From positions 96,001-160,000 of the forward strand of contig CAVWCX010000007.1 of the NCBI GenBank assembly GCA_963753595.1: a stretch of 64,000 bases of DNA, given 5' to 3'. Shown here one piece after another: positions 18,235 to 26,908 of the stretch (position 1 is its first letter; every line of letters starts with the position of its first letter). A program made the position numbers and the translations under genes. The DNA is from Candidatus Methanoperedenaceae archaeon. Its GTDB lineage: Archaea; Halobacteriota; Methanosarcinia; Methanosarcinales; Methanoperedenaceae. The notes under the pieces are model-generated. The model was not told where the DNA came from, did no database searches, and saw only the letters and a program-made list of their open reading frames with translations.

Positions 18235-20865
18235 TTAATCCCATTCAAACTTTAAGTGCTCCAACTTTTTTGATATTTTGGGGCCATGAGTGAGGACATC
18301 AGGATTCTTTCGGATGATTTGTCCTAGCTCTTGAAGAACCTTGGTAATACGTTGTTTGGCTTGCTCGCGTGTGAGGCCGGGAGGTGCACCATCCCATAAA
18401 AGCCTATTCACCCATGCTTTGTAATCCTCATGGTGGCCTTTCATATAATATTTGTAATTGCCTTTTTCCCAATCATACCATCCCCGCAACTGCCCGTGTT
18501 CTTCGAAGTCTAATATTTTGTTTAGTTCGATATCCATGTCCATACCAGCCTTCTTAAACATCTCTTTACTTTTGTTGTCGTAGAGTGAGGCAATATGGTG
18601 ATCTTCTGCCAAACTGACTCCAGCCCTCTTTCTATCTATAGGTTCAAAATCAGGCAGGTCCTCAAAACCTTCTGGTGGTGTCGGTTCGGATACTGCCGTA
18701 ACTTCCGATGGTGATTTTTTAGGCATCTTTTTATTTTCAGGAACTTCCGGGTATTTGATATTTCCACCACGCTGCTTGAATTGTTCAATCGTTTCCTTGC
18801 CTTTGCCACCCATTCCTGATGGACAGGAAACTTTAGCGTGTGGAGGCGACGAGTGTAATTCGCAACCAATACCTAAAGGCAAGTCCGGGTCTGGTACTTC
18901 AACAATCTCATGGCCATCACCGACAGATGCACGCTGATGCCCAGGTTCGCCCTTAATCACATTGGGATTTTCCTCGACGAATTTCACCGCATCAGCTTGT
19001 GGTTTTGCAATCGGGGGCTCTTTCGGCGGTGTCATCTCAACTTGTGGTTTTTTCGGTGCTACCACATCAATATTGGGCTCTTTGGGAACCATTGAATCCG
19101 CATGTGGCCTATTCCCTGGAGCTTCAATATGAGGTGCTTTAGTAGCAGGTGGTATATGAGGTGCCGGAATATGCGGAGCAGGTGTTCTTACGGGTAATGG
19201 AACATCAATTGGCAGTTTTGCAGCGGCATCCTCAGCACCACTGAACAGTTTCTTTAACATCGCGATCAAATCGTCAAAAATGCTACCCGCTTCACCGATA
19301 AAATCTTCGAAACCTTTCAGCAACGAACGCCCCACCTTAACAAGCCCAGCCTTAATTGTTTCTACCACGCCGCGAATTTCAGCAATGATCGTCCCTAGTT
19401 CACTTGCAATAAATCTGACGCCCTTCATCAGGGTTGGTGCCACTTTATCCAAAACTTGTCCAACCTTTGTCAGCGCATTGCCAATCCCCCCTGAGAAGAC
19501 AGCCATAATTACTTCGATAAGTACCGTTCCGACAACCGTTCCTACGCCTTCCCCTATTTTCCCCCAAGGTTTCTCCAAGAAATCGAAGATCGCTTGACCT
19601 GCCTTGTGCCCGCCTGTTTTCGCAAGCTCGAAAACGCCTCCTGAAATGGCGCCCATGAGTTGGCCAACAAATTCCATCGCGTTATTTCCAATTCCGCCTA
19701 AAAACGCTTTCAATTTGCCTCCCAGTTTTGAGAAGCGGTCGATGAGACTGCCCTGCATCGTGGCGATTTCATGGAAGTTTTGAATAACATTGGCAATAGT
19801 CTGTATCTGCCATTGCTGCAATTTCCAGGCGAGCTTCACGATGTCGATTAAACCTTGAATTGGGCTCCAGAGTCCCTGAAGAATGCCCCACAGATAGCCT
19901 TTTCCATATTCCATCATGTCTCCAGGGCTTCTTACGAGTTTCTTTACCTTGTCTATAAATTTCTCGCCCTTACCTTCCTTGACCTGATGCCGAATTTCGG
20001 TATAAAACCCTGTAAAACCTCCTTTTATGACGGGCCTAAGTGACGGCATTCCAACGGTTGCACCCAATGAAAGACCCTCAATGACGATTGACTCCCCTAA
20101 ACCAAGTGACTCATCGCGCTGTTTATTATCATCAGTCGATATTTCCTCCCTCTGAATGTATTTAACCGAAGTACGACCAATGTCATTTTCCCTGCCGGCA
20201 ACCAGAGTATTATGAGTTACAGGGGATAGACTATGTTTTTCATCGCTTTGATCGAGACGACCTCCATATGTACCCGACTGCTGTACCACGTGTGTCAGCT
20301 CATGTGCAATCAGGCGCTTCCCCTCAAGCGTCCCGGGTGCGAACCGACCTGCACCAAATACAATGTTGTGTCCCACCGTGTAAGCATGGGCGTTCACATC
20401 CCGCGCCGATTGCTCGGCATTTGCATCGGAATGCACCCTCACCTGGGTAAAGTCGTGGCCAAAGTGTTGCTCCATATCCTGCCGTAGCGCCGGCTCCAGT
20501 AGCCTGCCGGGACTGGCAAGGGCCTGGTTTACACTGGCGGGCATGGTCGTCGTCTGCACATCCGGTTGCCCCGCGAAGCGCTGGATGCGTGGTGGGGCGC
20601 CGCTAACGGCGTGATGCGCCGGCGCTGCCATCACCTGATCAGCCATGCGGTCCGCTTCCCGTTCGTAGATATCCCCTGGCGCGTTAACCACAAGTTTGGT
20701 TTGCAGACCAAATCGCTTATTTTTGCTGCATTCCGCACACACACCACCCGCCATCGTGTGATTTCCGCAGGCGCATTTGCGTTGCAGGGAGCCGATTCGA
20801 AAAGGTGTGAAGCCAGATGTTGATGCCGATGTGTTTTTCACCCGTGCCTGAAGTTGCAGGCTCAT
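18235..20865 (-). CDS. DUF4157 (eCIS core) protein with a putative C-terminal HNH/AHH-like nuclease
   Basis: LQRKCACG, YEREADRMADQVM, FGHDFTQVRVH, AHAYTVG..IVF, LIAHELTHVVQQ. The C-terminus reads DHHI...GMDMD..LN....H...GHH..Y...V. Confidence 0.8.
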   Translation of the reverse strand: MSLQLQARVKNTSASTSGFTPFRIGSLQRKCACGNHTMAGGVCAECSKNKRFGLQTKLVVNAPGDIYEREADRMADQVMAAPAHHAVSGAPPRIQRFAGQPDVQTTTMPASVNQALASPGRLLEPALRQDMEQHFGHDFTQVRVHSDANAEQSARDVNAHAYTVGHNIVFGAGRFAPGTLEGKRLIAHELTHVVQQSGTYGGRLDQSDEKHSLSPVTHNTLVAGRENDIGRTSVKYIQREEISTDDNKQRDESLGLGESIVIEGLSLGATVGMPSLRPVIKGGFTGFYTEIRHQVKEGKGEKFIDKVKKLVRSPGDMMEYGKGYLWGILQGLWSPIQGLIDIVKLAWKLQQWQIQTIANVIQNFHEIATMQGSLIDRFSKLGGKLKAFLGGIGNNAMEFVGQLMGAISGGVFELAKTGGHKAGQAIFDFLEKPWGKIGEGVGTVVGTVLIEVIMAVFSGGIGNALTKVGQVLDKVAPTLMKGVRFIASELGTIIAEIRGVVETIKAGLVKVGRSLLKGFEDFIGEAGSIFDDLIAMLKKLFSGAEDAAAKLPIDVPLPVRTPAPHIPAPHIPPATKAPHIEAPGNRPHADSMVPKEPNIDVVAPKKPQVEMTPPKEPPIAKPQADAVKFVEENPNVIKGEPGHQRASVGDGHEIVEVPDPDLPLGIGCELHSSPPHAKVSCPSGMGGKGKETIEQFKQRGGNIKYPEVPENKKMPKKSPSEVTAVSEPTPPEGFEDLPDFEPIDRKRAGVSLAEDHHIASLYDNKSKEMFKKAGMDMDIELNKILDFEEHGQLRGWYDWEKGNYKYYMKGHHEDYKAWVNRLLWDGAPPGLTREQAKQRITKVLQELGQIIRKNPDVLTHGPKISKKLEHLKFEWD

Positions 20866-21128
20866 CGTTTCAATCCCCCATAAACTGCCCTTCCCGTCTT
20901 TGCTCCGATCACTTCTGCACTAGAATCTGATGTGATCTTGAACTCCATGCCGTTAAGTCCCTCAATCCTGCCTCCCCGTTCCAGCGATGGCGGCACTCCC
21001 TGCTCTGTAAACAACCGGGATAACTCGCGTTCAACAGCCTCCCCTATACTCCGGGAGTCACTTCCTGCAAAGCCGTCCAGTACAAGTTCTTCAATATTAA
21101 GTTCAATATTCTTTGGTCTCATACCCAT
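20862..21128 (-). CDS. small eCIS-associated hypothetical protein
   Basis: IELNIEELVLDG ... AVERELSRL; lies between the ATPase and DUF4157 genes and overlaps both. Confidence 0.7.
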   Translation of the reverse strand: MGMRPKNIELNIEELVLDGFAGSDSRSIGEAVERELSRLFTEQGVPPSLERGGRIEGLNGMEFKITSDSSAEVIGAKTGRAVYGGLKR

Positions 21129-23131
21129 CCTCCGATCTCAGCCTCTGATACCGACTTTTCAAGTTTTGCACATTCACTGCGTGCAGCATACAGGAGATGT
21201 TTCATTCCTACAGCCTCACCTTCATCAGCAGCCATGAAAGCAGAATTGAGCGCAATGTTGCGGATATTCCCGCCGGCCACATTCAGCTTAGCCAGCTTAT
21301 TTATGTCCAGCCTTTCGGTCGGGGTACTTTCCGGAAAGATGCGCTGCCATATCCGTCCCCGCTGTGAAGCATCCGGGAACGGGAATTGCACGATAAAACG
21401 TATGCGCCGCAGAAAAGCAGTGTCAAGGCCATTTTTCATATTGGTTGTAAGTATAGCAAGGCCGCGGTAGGCTTCCATGCGCTGCAGCAGGTAGCTCACT
21501 TCTATGTTCGCATAACGGTCATGGCTGTCCCTCACTTCGCTGCGTTTTCCAAAAAGGGCATCTGCCTCATCGAACAGGAGGATCGCTCCTCCTTCCTCTG
21601 CTGCATCAAAAATGCGCCGCAGGTTCTTTTCAGTTTCACCGATGTATTTACTCACCACCTGGCTGATGTCAATTCTGTAAAGGTCAAGGTGCAGCTCATT
21701 TGCGATCACTTCCGCAGCCATAGTTTTGCCCGTGCCGCTATCTCCTGTAAAAAGCGCGCTTATGCCCAGCCCGCGCGAACCCTTTGAGGCAAAGCCCCAT
21801 TCGTCATATACCTTAAAACGCTGCTTCACATGCATTGCGATCTCATGCAATGTCCGGGTCTGTGATTCGGGAAGCACAAGATCATCCCAGGTTGCAACGG
21901 GTTCGATTCGCTGCGCCAGGTTATCCAGGCGTGGTCGGCTCTGTTTCAGGCAGGCCTCCCAGAGTACGGTATCTAATTCCTTCGGGTTTGTCGGGATAGT
22001 GTCATTACCCCCCGGATTTCCCAGCGCTTCGGCACAGGCATTATGAATAGCCCGGGTGTTTAAATTGAATTGCGATACCAGTGATCCTACCTGCCCGTTC
22101 AGGCCAGATGCCGCAGTACCAAGCACATTCTTCCATATTGTATGCTGCTCTTCCTTAGTCAGCCTGGGGATATCAAAGGTTATCGCTTCACGCTGCGATA
22201 TGACCCGCCGTTCTTTACATGTAACGACCAGCGCACTTCTTATGCGTTCGATTAACCGGTTTATGAGCTTTTCACGCGTGGTATCCGTTGCATCAATCTC
22301 ATCGCAGTCCAGGAGAAGCGCATTCGAACTCAAAGCAGCTTCGCGCTCCCATAACCTGATAAAAGCATCGATTTCGCCTGAGGTGGATGGAAGAGAACCG
22401 GCAGAAACCATATTGATGTTGAGTCCTAAAGCAGAGCATGCTTCTGCTGCAATGGCATACTTTCCCGCAATGTCATCACCGCATAATTGCACGACTGGAA
22501 GCGCTGAAGTGCTTGCAGCCTGCGACCACACCATGGCGAAGCGCTCTGCCAGCGAATGGTACGATGGCAAAAGGTCAATTGAAACATGCAATGGTTCGAT
22601 GATACCGGCAAGCCTCTCATCAAGATACTGCACCCCTGTAAGATAGTGCAGCACACGTTCATCTATGCGAAGCGGACTCTGTGTCAGAGTGTCTCCATTT
22701 CCTGTTTCTATCAGGCGCCAGCGGCGAAGAGGTGACGATGGCGTAAGGGCGCTCCAGTGCGCCCCAGGCAGTGCAGCAAGCGCAAGGCTGAATGTAGGAT
22801 AATTTCGCCGCGGGTCACCCTGAGCCGCAGCACACAGAGAACCGAAGGTGGAGTCCAGTTCTATACCAGCGCACAGCAGCAGGATATCGCGCTCAAATGA
22901 AGACAGGGCGAATATCGCACACAGGGTATCAAGCGCCGGCGGGGAAGGCATTGCTGATGCTGCCTCCAGCAATGTCTTTTCCGACTCTTTAATTTTTACA
23001 TCCGTATCTTTTTCAGGATTACCCATGGAGTTCGCAGTGCGGGATTCCAGCGATTCGCGCTCAAGCACAAGTGCTGACATCAGGTAGCGTTTGTTTGCCT
23101 CATACCAGTTTACAGGTTCATGGGAACTCAT
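21119..23131 (-). CDS. eCIS AAA+ ATPase (Afp15-like)
   Basis: Walker A GDSGTGKT, VVSKYIGETEKNL, Walker B LLFDEADALFGKR, DRYAN. Confidence 0.93.
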   Translation of the reverse strand: MSSHEPVNWYEANKRYLMSALVLERESLESRTANSMGNPEKDTDVKIKESEKTLLEAASAMPSPPALDTLCAIFALSSFERDILLLCAGIELDSTFGSLCAAAQGDPRRNYPTFSLALAALPGAHWSALTPSSPLRRWRLIETGNGDTLTQSPLRIDERVLHYLTGVQYLDERLAGIIEPLHVSIDLLPSYHSLAERFAMVWSQAASTSALPVVQLCGDDIAGKYAIAAEACSALGLNINMVSAGSLPSTSGEIDAFIRLWEREAALSSNALLLDCDEIDATDTTREKLINRLIERIRSALVVTCKERRVISQREAITFDIPRLTKEEQHTIWKNVLGTAASGLNGQVGSLVSQFNLNTRAIHNACAEALGNPGGNDTIPTNPKELDTVLWEACLKQSRPRLDNLAQRIEPVATWDDLVLPESQTRTLHEIAMHVKQRFKVYDEWGFASKGSRGLGISALFTGDSGTGKTMAAEVIANELHLDLYRIDISQVVSKYIGETEKNLRRIFDAAEEGGAILLFDEADALFGKRSEVRDSHDRYANIEVSYLLQRMEAYRGLAILTTNMKNGLDTAFLRRIRFIVQFPFPDASQRGRIWQRIFPESTPTERLDINKLAKLNVAGGNIRNIALNSAFMAADEGEAVGMKHLLYAARSECAKLEKSVSEAEIGGWV

Positions 23132-24384
23132 GGTATTTTCACCTTTGGGTTGGTGTACTGGTTATAAGTCGGGCTGCTCTCATTGGTATCAGTAATAAGC
23201 TGACTCTGCGCACCGTCCACCTGTACACGCACAAGATAATCGGAAGCCTTCACACCGCTGACAGAGATTTCAATTGTGGATTTATCTTTATCGCGCGATT
23301 TATCAACGAAGGTGTATGACGCTGCATCACCGCCAGATATCTTATTCAATAGCAAGACCACACGCTGGTTCTTGCCGATTATCGGGTTGATTATTATTGT
23401 CAACAATGCCGAGCGCAGGGCGGTGCCCGTCCCTTTAAGATTGGATATCGTGACTTTAGTAATTGATGGATGCAGCACAAAGGCTACCAGATTTGACTCT
23501 ACACCTTTATGCGGAACAGGCGGCGTGCCCATAAGTATCTGGTGTATTACCTGTAAACCCTGCACGCCTGCTTGCAGGCCGACCGGAAGCGGTATCGTAA
23601 TTTGCCCCTCGTTTGTATCTGTAGGCGTTATTTCGATCCCGTTAACTCTTGCCAGCGTAATATCCCCCCGCAGCTTTTTGCCTTTGATAATCAGCGTGCT
23701 ACCTTCAACAATGGGCATATCGGCACCTTTCGATGAAATGACCTGTTCAACAACCGGCTGGTGAAAAGGTACAACGTAGAGGTTGCGTTCGCGTACTGGA
23801 AGAGTGCTCTGGGGAGATTCATCGCTTTCTATCAATACGACCGTGGCAGTGTAGGCTAAAGATAAGCGATATGGAGTCTGGAAAAAGACTGACCAGAGCT
23901 TGGATAGCTCCTCCAGGGATAAGTGAACAGGAGTAAATTTAATAGTTTCAAATGCGTCTGCGAGGTTGGAGCCTTTCAGGATATTGTTATAAAGAGTGTC
24001 AATTATTGTATCCTTAATCATCTGGCGCGTAAGAACGGGTCTGGCATGTAGAGTGCGAACGGCACTACCCAGCAGTCTCTGCGTTTCCAGATTTAAATCA
24101 TCGCCATAGAACGTCAGCAAATAGTGCAGATCAAGGGCCACCTGCGGGCGTTGGACAAGCCTTCCTTCGGAGCTGCGGTCAGGCATATTGATATTACGCA
24201 TCGAAGCATTCGGGGTAACCTGGTAAAGGTAAAGATTGGCACCTTTTGTCGTTATTCCGGTGCCCTCTGGCCTGACCGTTGATACTTTTGATCCGGGAAC
24301 GTCTATAATCAGGGCAGCTTCTAAAGTTCTTCGAAGAGAAGCCGTTACAGTAGCTATAGCCAGAAAATTACTCATAACAATCAT
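23128..24384 (-). CDS. DUF4255 (Afp16/Pvc16-like cap) protein with C-terminal Ig/IPT-like domains
   Basis: SNFLAIATVT, NLYLYQV..N..RN, LDLHYLLT, EELSKLWS.F..PYRLS..Y. Confidence 0.85.
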   Translation of the reverse strand: MIVMSNFLAIATVTASLRRTLEAALIIDVPGSKVSTVRPEGTGITTKGANLYLYQVTPNASMRNINMPDRSSEGRLVQRPQVALDLHYLLTFYGDDLNLETQRLLGSAVRTLHARPVLTRQMIKDTIIDTLYNNILKGSNLADAFETIKFTPVHLSLEELSKLWSVFFQTPYRLSLAYTATVVLIESDESPQSTLPVRERNLYVVPFHQPVVEQVISSKGADMPIVEGSTLIIKGKKLRGDITLARVNGIEITPTDTNEGQITIPLPVGLQAGVQGLQVIHQILMGTPPVPHKGVESNLVAFVLHPSITKVTISNLKGTGTALRSALLTIIINPIIGKNQRVVLLLNKISGGDAASYTFVDKSRDKDKSTIEISVSGVKASDYLVRVQVDGAQSQLITDTNESSPTYNQYTNPKVKIP

Positions 24385-25643
24385 CCATTATACTGTTTCA
24401 GGTAATCATCAAGGGAGAGAATCGGGCGCTGCTTTGGAGGAGGAGACTGCAACTGCGGTGCCTGAGGTGGTGTTACTGCCTTAACTTCTATACGGCCGAT
24501 GGTTACTTTTACAATCGGTACTGTTGAAGGCGGTCTTGGTGCAACAGCATGCTGATCAATTAACATATTCCCCTTCTGCTCCAGGGTTGCATTGACATTC
24601 GGTTTATTCATTCGATCAGGATTTTGCCTGCTGGCAATTAGTGAAGGTGTATCAAGATGCGGATAATCAGCCCGATAGAAATCGGTCCCGGATGCAGGCT
24701 CACTATTCTGCAGGATATCCCCACCGTTCTTCATGCTTGAGAAACTTTCATGTAGCAGGCTGGAATCCGATATGTGCCCAATGAGCGTCTTAGCAACAGG
24801 GTTATCTTCAATATCTATCAAAGGCTCGTTTTGCCAAGTCTCGCCTGTGTTTTTGCTGCCTGGGTGTTTGCCGGCAGATAAATTCTCATAAGGTAATTCC
24901 GGATATCTTGTAATATTATTCTCATAAGGCAATTCCGGATATCTTGTAATATTAGTTCGGTTGTTATTTCGGTTCTTTTGTATACCCACCGGATGCGAGG
25001 GCTTAGACACCTCTAAAGAACCGGTTTCAGGGTTTTGAGGCGGTTCTTTATCAAAAATCGGATTCATCATCGAAATAGTTTTCCTGTTTTCACGGGCATC
25101 AGCAAAATCCTTATGCTCCGGTTCAACATGCACCTGAGAATCCGGTCCAGGGGAGTGAAACTGCTTTTCATATTTGACATATCCTGAAGTATCGGAATCA
25201 ACCTGGTGAAGAAGTCCTTTATCATGAGCCAGCTCAGGAATACCGTTTTGATTAAGCAGCTCAATATTATGCGGCAGCCTCGATATAGAAGTTAAGTCTT
25301 CCGGGCTTCCCCGGCCCTCTATCTGATAAGAGTGTTTCGCACCATCCTTGTCCCGGGAACCGGATTCAACATACTGAACTGGAACATGCTGGTTATCAGG
25401 AATTTTATTTAATGACTTTTTCTGTGTTGGCTGACCATTATGTTGAGACTTAATTCCGGTTTCCGGGGCACTTTCGATATATATACTTTCCTGATTGCTC
25501 ACTTGTTCACTATCACTGGCTAAATCCTGTATGTAATCACTCTCTCTCGCAGGCATCGGAGCAAATACAGAACCGATTACAGGCCGGGCTACAGGCATCA
25601 AACCATACGCCCGTTCTACTAATCTTGAGAGAAAATCAGGCAT
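24381..25643 (-). CDS. largely disordered eCIS-associated protein
   Basis: Conserved-looking termini (DFLSRLVERA; VKVTIGRIEV...LSLDDYLK) around a low-complexity core. 36-bp tandem duplication at 24882-24953. Confidence 0.7.
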   Translation of the reverse strand: MPDFLSRLVERAYGLMPVARPVIGSVFAPMPARESDYIQDLASDSEQVSNQESIYIESAPETGIKSQHNGQPTQKKSLNKIPDNQHVPVQYVESGSRDKDGAKHSYQIEGRGSPEDLTSISRLPHNIELLNQNGIPELAHDKGLLHQVDSDTSGYVKYEKQFHSPGPDSQVHVEPEHKDFADARENRKTISMMNPIFDKEPPQNPETGSLEVSKPSHPVGIQKNRNNNRTNITRYPELPYENNITRYPELPYENLSAGKHPGSKNTGETWQNEPLIDIEDNPVAKTLIGHISDSSLLHESFSSMKNGGDILQNSEPASGTDFYRADYPHLDTPSLIASRQNPDRMNKPNVNATLEQKGNMLIDQHAVAPRPPSTVPIVKVTIGRIEVKAVTPPQAPQLQSPPPKQRPILSLDDYLKQYNG

Positions 25644-26368
25644 CAGGTCACCATCCCGAGGTAAAACTGGCGCCGGGTATCACTCATCGACAGGATATCC
25701 GATTCACGCCAGCCATATGCCTGGGCAAGCGCATGGACATCATATAGCAATCGTCTGGCATGTGCGCTGAGTTCCGACCAGAAATAGGACACGATATCAA
25801 AAACCATCTGCCACTGATGGCCGCATTCGGGGCAATGGAGATCCAGCATGATCTCTGCCTGGGGATCGTGTTCTGCCATATGTGCTGAAAGTTCAGCCTT
25901 GACATGTGCGGATATGTCGCAGCAACCCACAGGAACCCCATCGCGAATAACCTGAAGCACACAGCGCTGTACCAGCAGGTCACTTGCTGTATCCCTTAAT
26001 CCTGCAACAGCAGCAAGGTCCAGGCTGTTTGGCAAGCGATACCTTAACACGAGATTCCCATTTGTAAGCTCCAGTTCCTGTTTATTTCCAGGTAGGGGCG
26101 ATAGGCGAATATCTGTTGTCTTTATGGTGAACTCCAGACGCTCCTTACATCCCGGACATTCGGCAAAACAGTTAAGTTTTGGGCCAAAGGTCAGTTCCCT
26201 GAGCGCCAGGAGGTATGAGTCCCGCTGCCCAATACTCAACTCAGCCAGTTTATCCCTGGTCATGCCAGGGATCACGGCAAGAAGTAAGGTCAGAGCTTTG
26301 TCCATATGATGCTGGACTTGCCCCTGCTCCCATACCTTCAGAATATCGGGCGCGAACAATGGACGCAT
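25643..26368 (-). CDS. T4 gp26/gp51-like baseplate assembly protein
   Basis: Two CxxC pairs (CPGC, CPECG); VHALAQAYGWRESDIL.MS..RRQFYL. Confidence 0.75.
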   Translation of the reverse strand: MRPLFAPDILKVWEQGQVQHHMDKALTLLLAVIPGMTRDKLAELSIGQRDSYLLALRELTFGPKLNCFAECPGCKERLEFTIKTTDIRLSPLPGNKQELELTNGNLVLRYRLPNSLDLAAVAGLRDTASDLLVQRCVLQVIRDGVPVGCCDISAHVKAELSAHMAEHDPQAEIMLDLHCPECGHQWQMVFDIVSYFWSELSAHARRLLYDVHALAQAYGWRESDILSMSDTRRQFYLGMVT

Positions 26369-26371
26369 TGT

Positions 26372-26896
26372 TTAGCTCGGTTCCAGATATGTCGGTTCTT
26401 GGGGTTCAGCCACTTCATAATCCCGTTCCCAGCCTTCGTTCTCAAGTTTAATTGTCTGTATAGCTACAGCATTTGTGCTGGCATCCAGCCCGGGCAGAGC
26501 CTGGAATTCGGAAACCCAGCAGCGATACACTTTATAAGCTATTGCGAGTTGTCCTGCCTCGTTGTAGACTTCGATTATAATGTCTTTTCGGAAGTCCTTG
26601 AGCGAGACCTCACTTCCCAATCCCGACCCATAGTTCCAGACTTTATTTGTCCACTGTTCGAATTCTTTGTCATGGGTGACACCGCGCTCCAGGGTTATGG
26701 CATCGTACTTGGTCTGCCCTGGTGATTTTCTCTCTGTGCTTGGGTCGCCTCCCTCCCGGTAGGTCACGGGAGTGTTAGTGCGCTTCAGGGCGCCAACCTT
26801 GTTTACCCCGGCTACGTAACGGCCATCCCACTTAACCCGGAACTTGAAACTCTTATACGGATCGAAACGCTGTGCATTTACACTAAACTGTGCCAT
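26372..26896 (-). CDS. tail tube protein (T4 gp19-like)
   Basis: DPYKSFKFRVKWDG, YREGG, PGQTKYDAITLERGVT, AVAIQTIKLENEG. Confidence 0.95.
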   Translation of the reverse strand: MAQFSVNAQRFDPYKSFKFRVKWDGRYVAGVNKVGALKRTNTPVTYREGGDPSTERKSPGQTKYDAITLERGVTHDKEFEQWTNKVWNYGSGLGSEVSLKDFRKDIIIEVYNEAGQLAIAYKVYRCWVSEFQALPGLDASTNAVAIQTIKLENEGWERDYEVAEPQEPTYLEPS

Positions 26897-26908
26897 ATTT
26901 TTTCCTCC

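Noticed and set aside
4463-24953. CRISPR array or DGR template suggested by the repeats
   Set aside because: All repeats are in-frame coding duplications without spacers. No reverse transcriptase gene and no adenine-specific mismatch pattern were seen.
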